Sequence record: MN445185.1
DNA: 64,000 nt
Direction: 5' to 3' (one strand)
Made by a program: the position numbers and the translations under genes. Below are positions 43,654 through 54,467 of this stretch, piece after piece; position 1 is the first letter of the stretch; every line of letters begins with the position of its first letter. The notes beneath the pieces are model-generated. The model was not told the DNA's origin and searched no databases. It saw nothing but the letters and a program-made list of their open reading frames with translations.

Positions 43654-45438
43654 TTAGAACCCGCAGATGTACTCCATAGGCTCTGTCACTACTTCCCCTT
43701 GCTTACGTAAGAACGTAGACAGGACAGTGTCTTTGTCCGGTAAGCAGAAGAAGTCTGTCGCTATTTCCATGGCATTAACTCGCCCAGCAGTTAAGTTGAC
43801 GCCCGTGCGACGTCGAATCTCTTCACTAACCCCATTGATGGACAGTAGTTCGATGAGTGTGGTCTCACGAGACTGGTTCATCATGTTTGTGGCCGAAGGG
43901 TAGGCCTGGGTTAAGTCCGCATCCGCAGTTTGTCCACGGAACGCAGAGTAATATTCGTCAATCTCCTCCAGAATGTTATTCAGACCGTTCTCAGCATTCA
44001 TACATGCTGTCAGGGTAACAATCCAACCGTCTGTACCGATAACCTCTTCATCGTAATCGTTACGCATTGCAGACCCTACGGAACCGATGACGTATCCTTT
44101 GTCATACAGATAATAGGTAAAGGCCACACAGATACGTTTTGGTAACGACGGGAAGATATCGTACATCGAGAAACCTGCCAGAATGGATATTGCTGAAGAC
44201 AAGTCGTTCGTCTTCTTATCCAACAACACGATTAACAAGTTATCCATCATGTTGTATACGGCATATTCGGCAGGGTAGTCCCGTTGTGCTTTTATGTGCC
44301 ATTGCAGGTTATCTTCATACGGCAGTCCAGGAATGTCGAGTTTGTGTAAACCGAGTTCGGTGTACAGTATGGCAGATAACTTGTACGAAGGACGTTGCCC
44401 TTCGTGGACACGCAACGAACGGAATAACACCATGGCATCCACACAGTAGAAAGACGCAGTACAGTAGAGTACGTGCCACTGTTGAGACGGTGCTTTGGTG
44501 AGTGACTTGGATTCCGTCTTTTTGTTCGCCTGGTCTTCTTTAAACCACAGACGACGGTATTTCTCCGGAACATCCGGATGGTTAAAGACGCCCAGTGGAT
44601 CGATACCTTCTTTCTGCAAGGTTTCCAACATGCGTGAAATATCGAACTGGTGGTTCCATGCGACCAGCAAATCAGGAAGACGTGGATGAATTTCTTCGAA
44701 CATCCTGACGATGCACTGCCCTGCCGTAGCGCAGGTATAGGTGAATATTTTATAACCGCTGATAATGTCTTTGGTCTTTGTCACCTTTTCGCCAGTCTTT
44801 TTGTCTTTCTCATCGAATTCGATTTTGCTTAAGAGTTCCTGCGCTTTTTTGAGAATGACTTCTTCCGCGTTTTTACCGATGCGGTCCATGTAGTTCTTAG
44901 CACCAAAGAAATGGATTTCGTCGTCTAAGATAAACGACACGATCCACGGTTCCTTCGTGCCGTCCATTTCGTTGGTCTCCACGTCGTATACGCAAAGACG
45001 GTTAGGGCTGATGTTGTTCGGCCAGCGCTTTAAGTATTTCTGTTTAATCCAGCTGGTAATCGGTAAGTCGGCCCAATAAACGTACGGGCTAGTACAGACT
45101 CGGCGCAGGTTCTTTTTCGGGTCAGGGAAACGTGCACCTAAACCCATCTGCAACGTCTTCGCCATCTGCGCATCAGTAGTCCAGAGTTCTTGACATTTTC
45201 CTTTTTCTTCGAACTCTTTTTTCTCCTGGTGGTTACGATATTCTTCACGGGTAACGTACACCGGACGCTTTAAATTCTCACGCATTACCAAGCGCGGGAT
45301 AAGCCTGCCATCCTTAGTATGGATGACCTCTTTGATGAGGACAAAGTCATTTTCTTTTTCTTCGTCCGTCGCATAAGCGACGTGCTTGCACTCTTTAGCG
45401 ATGACATCCTCGGGTGCGTAATAGGTATTGATTTCCAT
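43654..45438 (-). CDS. Family B DNA polymerase, 3'-5' exonuclease plus motif A subunit (phiKZ gp82-like)
   Basis: ExoI YDVET, ExoII AWNHQFD, ExoIII YNMMD, and motif A DADLTQAYPS. Confidence 0.92.
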   Translation of the reverse strand: MEINTYYAPEDVIAKECKHVAYATDEEKENDFVLIKEVIHTKDGRLIPRLVMRENLKRPVYVTREEYRNHQEKKEFEEKGKCQELWTTDAQMAKTLQMGLGARFPDPKKNLRRVCTSPYVYWADLPITSWIKQKYLKRWPNNISPNRLCVYDVETNEMDGTKEPWIVSFILDDEIHFFGAKNYMDRIGKNAEEVILKKAQELLSKIEFDEKDKKTGEKVTKTKDIISGYKIFTYTCATAGQCIVRMFEEIHPRLPDLLVAWNHQFDISRMLETLQKEGIDPLGVFNHPDVPEKYRRLWFKEDQANKKTESKSLTKAPSQQWHVLYCTASFYCVDAMVLFRSLRVHEGQRPSYKLSAILYTELGLHKLDIPGLPYEDNLQWHIKAQRDYPAEYAVYNMMDNLLIVLLDKKTNDLSSAISILAGFSMYDIFPSLPKRICVAFTYYLYDKGYVIGSVGSAMRNDYDEEVIGTDGWIVTLTACMNAENGLNNILEEIDEYYSAFRGQTADADLTQAYPSATNMMNQSRETTLIELLSINGVSEEIRRRTGVNLTAGRVNAMEIATDFFCLPDKDTVLSTFLRKQGEVVTEPMEYICGF

Positions 45439-45508
45439 GGTCTACTCTCAAATATGGTGTCTGCTATACTGATTTGTGGGTAACGTATTTTCTAAAAGGA
45501 ACGTCTAA

Positions 45509-46861
45509 ATGGGACACTGGCAAAAGCACATAACCTCGTTGGCCGACGCGAAAGCCGTGGCCTCGGAATCCATCGGATTCCAAGATAAAAAGAAACTCGC
45601 CTCTTTGGCGGAAGTGGTACGTAAGTTCCGTGATGCGGGCGACTTCTCGCCAGCGGGTTATCAGAGTTCTGGTATTGCTGCCTGGGTCTTTGACAACAAC
45701 GGTATTACAGTCCTGCCTCGTAACGGGTCCGACTTAGGTGTGGCGGACGTTGTGTTTGCGGGTGTGGAGCCGCCGAAGCTCGACGCGAACAACCCAATCA
45801 TCGCCGACCTGCAACGCAAGATGGTGCAGGGTAACATCGACCTGGATGTCTACAGTAAGTTCTTAAAAGAGAACGAGCTGAACGGCGAGTTCGACGATAA
45901 AAATGCGAAGCTTTCAGGCGAACTCAGCAAGGTGCCGTCCCCACTTTGGCTGACCCCGAAACTACTGACCGGTATCGAGTTAACGGATTTAGAAGTCGCG
46001 GCGATAATTCTGCATGAAGTCGGCCACGTCTATTACTATTTCCGTACCTTGATGCGTACGGTGGTAACGAACCTGATTGCGGATGCTGCAGCGAACCGCA
46101 TGATGCAAACCGAAGACCCGACAGTGCGTTTAAAAGTCGTAAAAGACGTTGAACGTATGCTGAACACCAAAGTGAATCAGCCGGAAACTATCTGCAAAGA
46201 GATGTCTAAAGAGAACATCTACATGCATCTGGTGACAGACATTCTGCTTGAGCGTCCGTTTGTTACCGGTTCGGAAGGGTTCGCTAACCGTACCTGGGAA
46301 CGTGCTGCGGATGACTTCGCAGCTCGCTTTGGTGCAGCCCCGTACCTGGCGTCAGCCTTGTACAAAATCGAAACGTCCCAATTCTATCTCTGCCGGAACG
46401 CGTCGTACATGAACTACGGTGTGCATCTGATGCTGGAAATGCTTAACGTTTCGCTGCTGATTGTGGCTTCGACTAATCCAGTTGGCCTGTTCTTCACGAC
46501 TATCTCGGTGGCGTTCGGTCTGATTGTGAACGACCCACGCAACACCATCTACGATCCGCCGCAGGAACGTTTTGAGACGATGCGTCGTAACTTAGTGGAG
46601 GAGCTGAACACCTTAAAAGGCAGCACCACGAAAGAAGCGAACGAACACCGTAAACGTATTCTGCAGGGCATTGCGTCTATCGACGAATTACTGAAAACCG
46701 TGAAAGACAAAGACAACGTCTTTAGCTTCATCATGAAAACGCTGACCCCTGGCGGTCGCCGTGAGCGTGCTGGGGTGGATTATCAGCGTACGATGGAGCG
46801 CTATCTTTCTAATGACCTGCGTGTGGCTTCTGCGAAGCTTAGTCAGGCGACTTCTTCCTAA
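45509..46861 (+). CDS. Probable head protein with an M48-like Zn-metalloprotease motif
   Basis: AAIILHEVGH and ERAADDFA; hydrophobic C-terminal segment; ASES possible cleavage site. Confidence 0.7.
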   Translation: MGHWQKHITSLADAKAVASESIGFQDKKKLASLAEVVRKFRDAGDFSPAGYQSSGIAAWVFDNNGITVLPRNGSDLGVADVVFAGVEPPKLDANNPIIADLQRKMVQGNIDLDVYSKFLKENELNGEFDDKNAKLSGELSKVPSPLWLTPKLLTGIELTDLEVAAIILHEVGHVYYYFRTLMRTVVTNLIADAAANRMMQTEDPTVRLKVVKDVERMLNTKVNQPETICKEMSKENIYMHLVTDILLERPFVTGSEGFANRTWERAADDFAARFGAAPYLASALYKIETSQFYLCRNASYMNYGVHLMLEMLNVSLLIVASTNPVGLFFTTISVAFGLIVNDPRNTIYDPPQERFETMRRNLVEELNTLKGSTTKEANEHRKRILQGIASIDELLKTVKDKDNVFSFIMKTLTPGGRRERAGVDYQRTMERYLSNDLRVASAKLSQATSS

Positions 46862-46876
46862 GTAAGGGTACTTAAC

Positions 46877-47320
46877 ATGACGCATAAAGTTTCTTTAAAT
46901 AACCTGGTACTGGATTTCAAACGTACCAACGAAGGGAAAGGTGTACACGCCCAGCGTGCTTTGACCGGCCTGGTTGCTTTCTCACTGGCGTATAACGCGG
47001 TACTGGCTGATAATGGTCAATATGGCGCTGCAGAGGCCGCTGGGACGTTTTTACGTCCGGTAATGCGTAATATCGTCTCTGACGTTAACGAGCTGTACTG
47101 TGTTGATTTGGGCGTGATTGAGGACATGACCGTGGGTCTGTACTGCAATCGTTACTGCAACGTGTATGGCGGCGCTAAAGCTCTGGAAAGTTTCTCAGTT
47201 CGTGAGATTTTCAACCAGGCACTCGGGGAAGATATCTGGGAAACCGTTGGTCTGTGGATTAGCCGCTTTATGGAAGTGGTTGGTTTCTACATGGCAGAAC
47301 TGAAAGGGCAAATTTCATGA
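46877..47320 (+). CDS. Probable virion protein
   Basis: 147 aa in the structural cluster. Confidence 0.8.
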   Translation: MTHKVSLNNLVLDFKRTNEGKGVHAQRALTGLVAFSLAYNAVLADNGQYGAAEAAGTFLRPVMRNIVSDVNELYCVDLGVIEDMTVGLYCNRYCNVYGGAKALESFSVREIFNQALGEDIWETVGLWISRFMEVVGFYMAELKGQIS

Positions 47321-49050
47321 GCATGGAAATGACAGGTAACGCCACCCACCCCAAATGGCGTTTGGGGGAGATCGGTGAAGTCCTGCGTTCACGTATGGCC
47401 GAGCGTATTGATTCTGTCAACCAGCTCAATCTGTACATGCAACGCAACGAAGCCGACCTAATCTACGGCTCTCGACTGATTCTGCAAATTGACGCGATTC
47501 TTGACGAAGTGCGTCGCGCAGGTCTGTCGAAAGATGTCGCTGTCGCTGTTGAATCTTCTCGCCCAGGTACAATTCCCGAAGCCGTTCGCAAAATCCTGAC
47601 TTCGAACTATACCCGCACGCACCAGAAAGAGACTATTGTTGCGCTCGAATCCTGGGCAAATGCAGGTAAAGTGGGATTGGTTGTGCTGATCATGACCGCG
47701 ATTATCAAAATCATCGGTTGGATTATCAGCAACGGTAACGGGTTTGCTGGTAATGGCGAATTCGATGGCGAAGGTTACGCTGAGAAAGTCGGCGAAAAAG
47801 CAGAGAGTTTCTCCCAGACCGAAAATACTATCATCGGTCAGCTGAAAATCAGCGCAGTGAAAGATGCATACATCGAAGCCTCTAAGGGTCTGAAAGGTCG
47901 TGACCTGGAAAACCTGAACTTGGCTATCGCGATGGCCGACGAAGTGTTTACGAACATGAACGCGGAAGAGTATCTGAACGACTTGAGCAGCGCGCTGGGT
48001 CGTTCGCCGTTCACTGAGTTGTTCAAAGGTTACACTAAGAAACGTCAGTCAAGCCAGCAGGTTATTCACGATCTGTTAGATACCCTGTTACAACACAACG
48101 TGACGTACGGTATCTACCCGATTGAAGTGGGTAAGAAAGCCTGGCAGGCGTTACCGAAGTCTGCTCGCGAAGCCGGTGTGCGTATTCCGAACCTGTTGAA
48201 CTTCCATCAGATGTCGAATGTTGCCAGCGAACTTATCGGTTACTTTGGCTCGCTCCAGAGTGCCTTTAAAGCGATGATTGACCCAAGCGTCGCCGAAGGT
48301 TTTAAGAATCAGCAAGGTTCAACCACCACGCACAACGGTAAGCAGGTTAACAAAGCAGCACACGACACCGCGCTTATTTTCGGTCAGGCGTTAGCGCAGC
48401 TGAACACCACGATGAACTTCATCATCAGCGACGTTTCCCGCAAAGGATTCGAATACGCCACTGCACCTTTGGTCGTTATCCCAGAAAACAAAGTTCGTGG
48501 TTTAGTGGGTTATGATGATGGTGTGGACTTCGTGCCTGGTAAGGTATTGGTCAACGCACAAGCATCTGCGTTCTTGGGACGCGAGTGCTTAGAGCAAATG
48601 CGCCAGGCAGGCACGTTATCGGTTGGTGACGAACGTGAGTTGCTGGCTGTAGTGGTAACGTTAGGTAAACAAGGCTTTACCAACGACACCGCTGCGACTA
48701 ACCTGAATCGTTACAGTGCGCTGGATAAGGCGGTTAACAACACGATTAAAGTGTTGGAGCAGTTCCAGAAAGCAACCAAGGATAACGTTGAATACGTTAA
48801 CCTGATTAGCGAAGTCATCATGAATGAGCTTAATCAGCCTTCTGGCCTGCGTACCGATGGTCGTGAACTCTCGATGGTGTTATTCTCCCCAGACGGGGAT
48901 GAAGACCTCTTCGTCGGCTTGCGACGTAACCTGTCGTTGGTGCGTCGTTGTTGCAGTGCTGCCGCTACATTGCAGACGATACTGAACCTGGCCAAACGTA
49001 ACCCGTTGGTGAAAGGCAATAATCGCAAAAACATGCTTGACGGCGAATAA
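47317..49050 (+). CDS. Probable processed head protein (SPN3US gp47 position)
   Basis: 577 aa; AVES and ALES AxE sites followed by hydrophobic helix GLVVLIMTAIIKIIGWII. Confidence 0.75.
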   Translation: MSMEMTGNATHPKWRLGEIGEVLRSRMAERIDSVNQLNLYMQRNEADLIYGSRLILQIDAILDEVRRAGLSKDVAVAVESSRPGTIPEAVRKILTSNYTRTHQKETIVALESWANAGKVGLVVLIMTAIIKIIGWIISNGNGFAGNGEFDGEGYAEKVGEKAESFSQTENTIIGQLKISAVKDAYIEASKGLKGRDLENLNLAIAMADEVFTNMNAEEYLNDLSSALGRSPFTELFKGYTKKRQSSQQVIHDLLDTLLQHNVTYGIYPIEVGKKAWQALPKSAREAGVRIPNLLNFHQMSNVASELIGYFGSLQSAFKAMIDPSVAEGFKNQQGSTTTHNGKQVNKAAHDTALIFGQALAQLNTTMNFIISDVSRKGFEYATAPLVVIPENKVRGLVGYDDGVDFVPGKVLVNAQASAFLGRECLEQMRQAGTLSVGDERELLAVVVTLGKQGFTNDTAATNLNRYSALDKAVNNTIKVLEQFQKATKDNVEYVNLISEVIMNELNQPSGLRTDGRELSMVLFSPDGDEDLFVGLRRNLSLVRRCCSAAATLQTILNLAKRNPLVKGNNRKNMLDGE

Positions 49051-49095
49051 AATAAAAGGCTACCCTCTCCTTCGGGAGAGGGTAGTGCTTTTTTT
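49051..49095. terminator. Bidirectional terminator
   Basis: CTACCCTCTCC-TTCG-GGAGAGGGTAG with A and T tracts. Confidence 0.9.
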
Positions 49096-52054
49096 ATTCT
49101 TTTTCGGTATCGTGACGGTTGTACGACAGTACGATGTCATCTTTCAAACCGATGTCGCCATTGGCTTCAATATCGAGCTTCTTACCAATTGTAGCTCGCG
49201 CTGCTTCGGTAATGACAGTGAACAGCCGCAGGTCTTTATCTGGCCCCATATCGTCGAGTTCAACACCGATAATGGCATCGTTAAGCGTATTGCGTAACGC
49301 ATTACCGATCTCGGTTGCTGAAACGGTCAGATGTGTTGACAGATAGTCGTTAATGACTTGCGAAGTCCGTTTCCGGATTTGTGCCAGAAGCTCGCTGTTT
49401 GCACGGTTCGCTGCAGTGAGGTAATATTTGACAGTGAACTGGTTTTCAGCAGGCAACGGTGACACAACCCCGTCTTCGGTACGTACGTCGATATAACCCA
49501 TCGTGGTGATAGGAACAAAGAAGCCTTCAGTTTGCTCCAACAGCAGCGGTTTCAGATTAGGCAGTACCACCGTAACATAGTTGATGATGTTGTCAATTAC
49601 GCTATCAAGGTACGTTTTAACCGCCTTCGAGGTTGCGAACTTATAACGGGCATCAAAGACAGCCATTTCACTACGGAACTTAATACTGCGCGGTTTCGCA
49701 ATAATAGGCTGACCGTTCCCGTCGAAGATTTGCTCCCCAACGTGGTGTGCGATTTCTTGTTCACCGGTGGCCGGGTCTATTTTCGGATCGCCTTTACGAT
49801 GCAGGTACGTGATTTGCAACGGTGGAACAGCATTAGGGTCGTACGTATACTCAGGCGTTACACCGTCGTCTTTGGTTTTAATAACATCCTTTTCCCAATA
49901 CGCCAGAACGTCCTTCTGGTAGTATTCGTAGTTTATGCTGTCCGTTACTGCACGTGCTTTTCGCCAGTAATAGGACATGGCTTTACCCAGCTCGATTTTG
50001 AAAATCTCATGAGTAATCCCAATACCATCGCGCGCAGGTGGTACAATCATTGTATCCATTTCAGCGCGTTCGTAATTACCGGGGTAGTAACCCGTACAGC
50101 CGTAGAACACGTTATACTCGGTTAACAACGGTACCGGAGTATCCACGTCCGCTTCGGTGGTGATTCGGGTGTTGTTGATAATCAGCTCATCGTTACGGTC
50201 AACATCGAGATTGGTTTTCAACAAGAATTCCCATACACGCTCCGAACCTTGACGACCCACTAAGGTGCCGTTGATGTACGCCAACTTACCGTCTGCGTTA
50301 CGCGGCGAGAAGGAAATCTGCGCAAAGACTTGGTCATCACTTAACGCCTGGTACGGCGGTTCTGACTTAGTCACAGTGCGCAGGATATAACCTTCGCTCG
50401 TTTTCTCAATCTGATAATCTGCAGTGACAACACTCAGCTCCGTTGTCACGTTGGTGCTAACGAAACGTTTTGAGTTCAACTGCGGTTTATCGAGTTGGTA
50501 AATACGAACATCGCAAGATTTGTTGTTAATGTCCACCACGTAATGGAACGGCGTGAACAGGTAACGGTTAGTGTTACCCGCGTTAACCAAATCTTCTTTA
50601 CGCATGGTCTTCGCAAGAATGGTCATCTCCGCATCGATTTGCAGACTGGTATCCGTAAAGCGATACAGCGTATCTGGCTCAATTGTCAAACGGTTGCCGT
50701 TAATACGGACCGTCGGCAGTTTCACCAGTTCATCCCAGCTAAAGTACAGCGGGGCGGTGATGGTCCCGATAGGGGAACTCACTTTAGATAACGTGGATTC
50801 CGGCATCGGCGCGGTCAGGAAGTAAGTACGCCCAGTTACGTAATCGTTCGGCTTAGACAAGGTCAGGCCGTAATCCGATACCGTGGCTTCTAACTGCTTC
50901 TCTGTTACTGGCAGTTTGCGAATCCCCACTGCATTGTTTACCACACGGTCACGCAACTCATCAAACGAAAGTTGTGTACGCCCCCCAGTGGCGTAACTGC
51001 CTTCTTCCGCAACCAACATTTTGATGGAGAATGATTTCAACGGGTTGATGTATCCCGCATCGTATTCACCGTTCAAGTCTCGCAATGAGAAGGTGTACTC
51101 GTCCGCCGGAAATGCAGAAACGTCGAGGTCGAGTGGGCCGATGGTCGTATATACGTCCATGCGGATTTCACCACTTACCAGGTTCTTCGCCATGTAGATA
51201 GACGGTATCGTACAGCGAATGGACTGGTTAACGACTTGAATCAGCGCCGTAGGTGTGTTTGGATCGTAAACGTCACGACTGTGCGTGTGGTGGATTTCTG
51301 TCCAGGTGTTTGAATTGGACGGTTTATTCCACACCCGTGCGTAGAAGAACTTGTTGGTGAACGTGCGCGTCATCACAAACGTGTTCTGCCCCAACAACGT
51401 ATCGTTCTCGTCCTTTACACTGTACTGCATCACCGGAATACGGATAGCCAGTATCTGCGACGGTGTGCTAGGAACACTTGTCAGTTCCCAGTCCAACGCG
51501 TTAGTGGTTACGGGCGATATCGGTGACTGGGTTTCGGTAATCCACAAGACCTGGAAGGCTGGATTATCAACGGTACCATACGGCAGCACTCGAATTTCGA
51601 TGGGATACTGAATGGCAAAGTTGTAACCTGAAACAGTAAAGACGGTATCCCGTGGAATCACGACTTTACGAATACCTGCCACGTTTAACGGCATCGCCTT
51701 CGCTAATAGAGAGTCGACATCTAGAAGCAGCAGTAAGGTCGCTTGTGATGGCTGGGCAAAAACATCGACATAATCCACGTCAGACATGTGGCGGAACAGA
51801 TCATCGTGAGTTTGTGCCATAGAGGGGAACATTTTCGGAATGGTGTCCCGATCGCCCTGGATAATCGTGTGGCCCATCGTAATTCCGACTTCGGTCATGT
51901 AGACCACCGGGTCGGTCGGGTCACGTAGCAGGATTTGCCCGTCGGCGTCCTGCACGTCTTGGAGCTGGTTCAGCATTAATGACTGCATTGCTGATGGGTT
52001 ATGTGCCATCAGCAGCAAGTCTTTCGATAATGCGTCGTACGTTTTCGTAGTCAT
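49094..52054 (-). CDS. Large baseplate-like structural protein
   Basis: 986 aa, beta-rich; SPN3US gp48/phiKZ gp87 position; function from memory only. Confidence 0.6.
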   Translation of the reverse strand: MTTKTYDALSKDLLLMAHNPSAMQSLMLNQLQDVQDADGQILLRDPTDPVVYMTEVGITMGHTIIQGDRDTIPKMFPSMAQTHDDLFRHMSDVDYVDVFAQPSQATLLLLLDVDSLLAKAMPLNVAGIRKVVIPRDTVFTVSGYNFAIQYPIEIRVLPYGTVDNPAFQVLWITETQSPISPVTTNALDWELTSVPSTPSQILAIRIPVMQYSVKDENDTLLGQNTFVMTRTFTNKFFYARVWNKPSNSNTWTEIHHTHSRDVYDPNTPTALIQVVNQSIRCTIPSIYMAKNLVSGEIRMDVYTTIGPLDLDVSAFPADEYTFSLRDLNGEYDAGYINPLKSFSIKMLVAEEGSYATGGRTQLSFDELRDRVVNNAVGIRKLPVTEKQLEATVSDYGLTLSKPNDYVTGRTYFLTAPMPESTLSKVSSPIGTITAPLYFSWDELVKLPTVRINGNRLTIEPDTLYRFTDTSLQIDAEMTILAKTMRKEDLVNAGNTNRYLFTPFHYVVDINNKSCDVRIYQLDKPQLNSKRFVSTNVTTELSVVTADYQIEKTSEGYILRTVTKSEPPYQALSDDQVFAQISFSPRNADGKLAYINGTLVGRQGSERVWEFLLKTNLDVDRNDELIINNTRITTEADVDTPVPLLTEYNVFYGCTGYYPGNYERAEMDTMIVPPARDGIGITHEIFKIELGKAMSYYWRKARAVTDSINYEYYQKDVLAYWEKDVIKTKDDGVTPEYTYDPNAVPPLQITYLHRKGDPKIDPATGEQEIAHHVGEQIFDGNGQPIIAKPRSIKFRSEMAVFDARYKFATSKAVKTYLDSVIDNIINYVTVVLPNLKPLLLEQTEGFFVPITTMGYIDVRTEDGVVSPLPAENQFTVKYYLTAANRANSELLAQIRKRTSQVINDYLSTHLTVSATEIGNALRNTLNDAIIGVELDDMGPDKDLRLFTVITEAARATIGKKLDIEANGDIGLKDDIVLSYNRHDTEKE

Positions 52055-53316
52055 TACAGTAAGCCCGCTCGTTTAAGGATGAATTGGTAATCTGCCTGAT
52101 AAACATACCAGGTCAGTTTACGACGCAGGGAGTCGATGTGCGGATAGCCGTAGTAGTTGAACAGCGGTAGTAGCTGTGGTGCAATCGGCACAAGCTGGTC
52201 TTCAGCAATCGGGATAAAGTTGCCCGCTGCAACACTCCCTGGTTGCGGCATCATATCCGGGTTAAACATAGACACCGTCAAGTTGAACATCTCCATGTAC
52301 AATGGGTCATCGAAGCGCGCCCCGATGCATTGCCAGTTGAGGTTAATTGTGGTGTCGTCATTTAATTGAGGCTTGGTGTTATCGACATTCGCCATTTGAC
52401 CGGCGTTATCGTTCATCGGCCAACAAACACACGCTGTCCAGAAACGGGTAATGTTTCCGAGCGCGTCGTATTTAAACCCGTACATCCTTGACTGGTAGTC
52501 GATACGACGTTGGATGGAGTTACGCATCTTCGGTTTGAACTTACCCATTTTAATGCCGGACATATACTCCAGCCACACGCCCATCATTCGCATGATTGGG
52601 TTGCCGTATGGGTTGTTCAGCGACATCGACATGCTGTACTGGTTATTGATTTCATGTGTGGAGTCAACCATACCCCATTGTTCGCGCATTAAACCTTCTT
52701 CAGACATCCAGTTATCGACAGACTGGTCAGGCATCCCCGAGAGGCTCAGCATCTGCGTACTCAGCAATGGTATGAATGCCTGAAGATTGTCAAACATAAT
52801 GTCCTTCATGAATGGCGTGCCCAAACGGTTCTTTCTTCGCCCATCTTCCATCGGTGAATCAGAGAACCCCAATTCAAAATCTGGGTCTAACGCTGCCAGA
52901 ATGGAATAGTCGAGTGACGATTTCGGCTGAGAAGCCATGTTCGACATCTTGCGCGAGTTGGCAATGTTGTCAAAGCACAAGTTGAAGTCAGGGCGGGTAA
53001 TGAAGGTTAGGCCACCGTACTCACGGTTAACAGGCGTCGGGTTCGACGCCATCATATGGTTGAACCCCATGTAGGGGTTGGTCACACGCTGCGCAGCCAG
53101 ACCCAAACCTAACGTAAGACGGATACGGTCATTCCAACCCGATAACTCATCATTAACGTTGTACGCCGTGGTGGGTTTCGCATCGGACAGTCGACGGTCA
53201 AAGTAGTCGGCGACCGATGGTACTGCATCGATATTATTCGGGTTTTGATACGAATTGTCGTAGTCGGTATTCGGGTCATACCCCGGATCGTTCTTATCGG
53301 TCTCGTTACTCATCAT
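52054..53316 (-). CDS. Structural protein, possible tail-tube/baseplate-initiator fold
   Basis: 420 aa; tube-like pattern ...WTACVCWPMN..GQMANVDNT...INLNWQC. Confidence 0.55.
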   Translation of the reverse strand: MMSNETDKNDPGYDPNTDYDNSYQNPNNIDAVPSVADYFDRRLSDAKPTTAYNVNDELSGWNDRIRLTLGLGLAAQRVTNPYMGFNHMMASNPTPVNREYGGLTFITRPDFNLCFDNIANSRKMSNMASQPKSSLDYSILAALDPDFELGFSDSPMEDGRRKNRLGTPFMKDIMFDNLQAFIPLLSTQMLSLSGMPDQSVDNWMSEEGLMREQWGMVDSTHEINNQYSMSMSLNNPYGNPIMRMMGVWLEYMSGIKMGKFKPKMRNSIQRRIDYQSRMYGFKYDALGNITRFWTACVCWPMNDNAGQMANVDNTKPQLNDDTTINLNWQCIGARFDDPLYMEMFNLTVSMFNPDMMPQPGSVAAGNFIPIAEDQLVPIAPQLLPLFNYYGYPHIDSLRRKLTWYVYQADYQFILKRAGLL

Positions 53317-53338
53317 TAACTCCGGAGTTTAGTTAAAA

Positions 53339-54457
53339 ATGGCAGAAAAAACATTTGAGACATCGCTCGTCTCCTTTCTTTCTAAGTTTCCCATGCTGCT
53401 TCGCCAGCGGGCGGAATCGACGGAAGAATTCAACTCTGTGCTGTACAACGAGCACACCACGCTGGTTGAACAAAGTCTGTTGGGCTTAGATTACCTGCCA
53501 GGTATTCTGGAGAAAATCCAAATCCTGCTCGCGGGCAACCAACTTACCGCCATCTCAATTCTGGTAGGTGTTCCTGAGGTTGATATCCTTGGTACGCTTG
53601 ACCAGGTTAGCACCCGTCGTAATGCCCTCGATGCGGCTGCACGTTCGGGTTCTCGCTTAGCGTCTTTCGCAATCGGCGAGTCCTCCCGTCACACGCTGCC
53701 GTCATACGATAAAATCGGGCTTGCGGTCGGTGAATCCCGTCGCCAGAAATCCGATAACAAAGTAGCGACTGAATCATCCGCAGGTTCTGTGCTGCCGAAC
53801 AACACGCTGAAGCTCCTGCACGATCAGGAAGGTCTGTCCAACGGTAAAGTGTTCTCTGTTACCTTCGAACGCGACGGTAATAAAGTCGAGCTGCCGATGC
53901 GTCTGCGTCTTGATGTGAAGTCTCTGCCAACCGATGAAATGAAGACGCTGATTGCGTTCAGCGATCAAACCAAAACCTTCTGGGAACGTGTGCTGCGGGC
54001 GAAGGTCGGTTCTCTCAGCTACGCGAAAGATATCGCGCTGTGTAATGACCTCATTGAAGAATACCGTAAGAACCGCTTCCGTGATAAGTCCGGTTATTAC
54101 CGTAAGATGATGGAAAAGAAAAACGCCAACTGGCTGTCTGGCCTGCTGACGCTGAGCCCATCCATCAACAACGCGTCTTCGGTTATGGTGGTTTCTCAAG
54201 AAACTATCGACGATCTGACTGCTCAGCTGGGCGGAGACTTCGATGATTACAATATCCGCCAGCGTGTGTTCAAAGACACCCTGACTGTTTACTACGTGGT
54301 TGTCGACCAGACCTGGAACCGTGTAACCATTTATACGCGTGGTCAGACCGGGTCTCAGGAACTCGACAAATCAGACTTTAGCAAGGCGAAGTCCGGTAGC
54401 GGCGATGTAAACAAAATCATCGATGCCTATCGCGTCGGCGCGAATCCGGTACTGTAA
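53339..54457 (+). CDS. Probable head/inner-body protein (phiKZ gp89 position)
   Basis: 372 aa; AxE-S sites (ATES); high codon bias. Confidence 0.7.
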   Translation: MAEKTFETSLVSFLSKFPMLLRQRAESTEEFNSVLYNEHTTLVEQSLLGLDYLPGILEKIQILLAGNQLTAISILVGVPEVDILGTLDQVSTRRNALDAAARSGSRLASFAIGESSRHTLPSYDKIGLAVGESRRQKSDNKVATESSAGSVLPNNTLKLLHDQEGLSNGKVFSVTFERDGNKVELPMRLRLDVKSLPTDEMKTLIAFSDQTKTFWERVLRAKVGSLSYAKDIALCNDLIEEYRKNRFRDKSGYYRKMMEKKNANWLSGLLTLSPSINNASSVMVVSQETIDDLTAQLGGDFDDYNIRQRVFKDTLTVYYVVVDQTWNRVTIYTRGQTGSQELDKSDFSKAKSGSGDVNKIIDAYRVGANPVL

Positions 54458-54467
54458 GGGGAAAAGA

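Noticed and set aside
11920-45438. Split DNA polymerase as a novelty
   Set aside because: Already established for phiKZ-like phages
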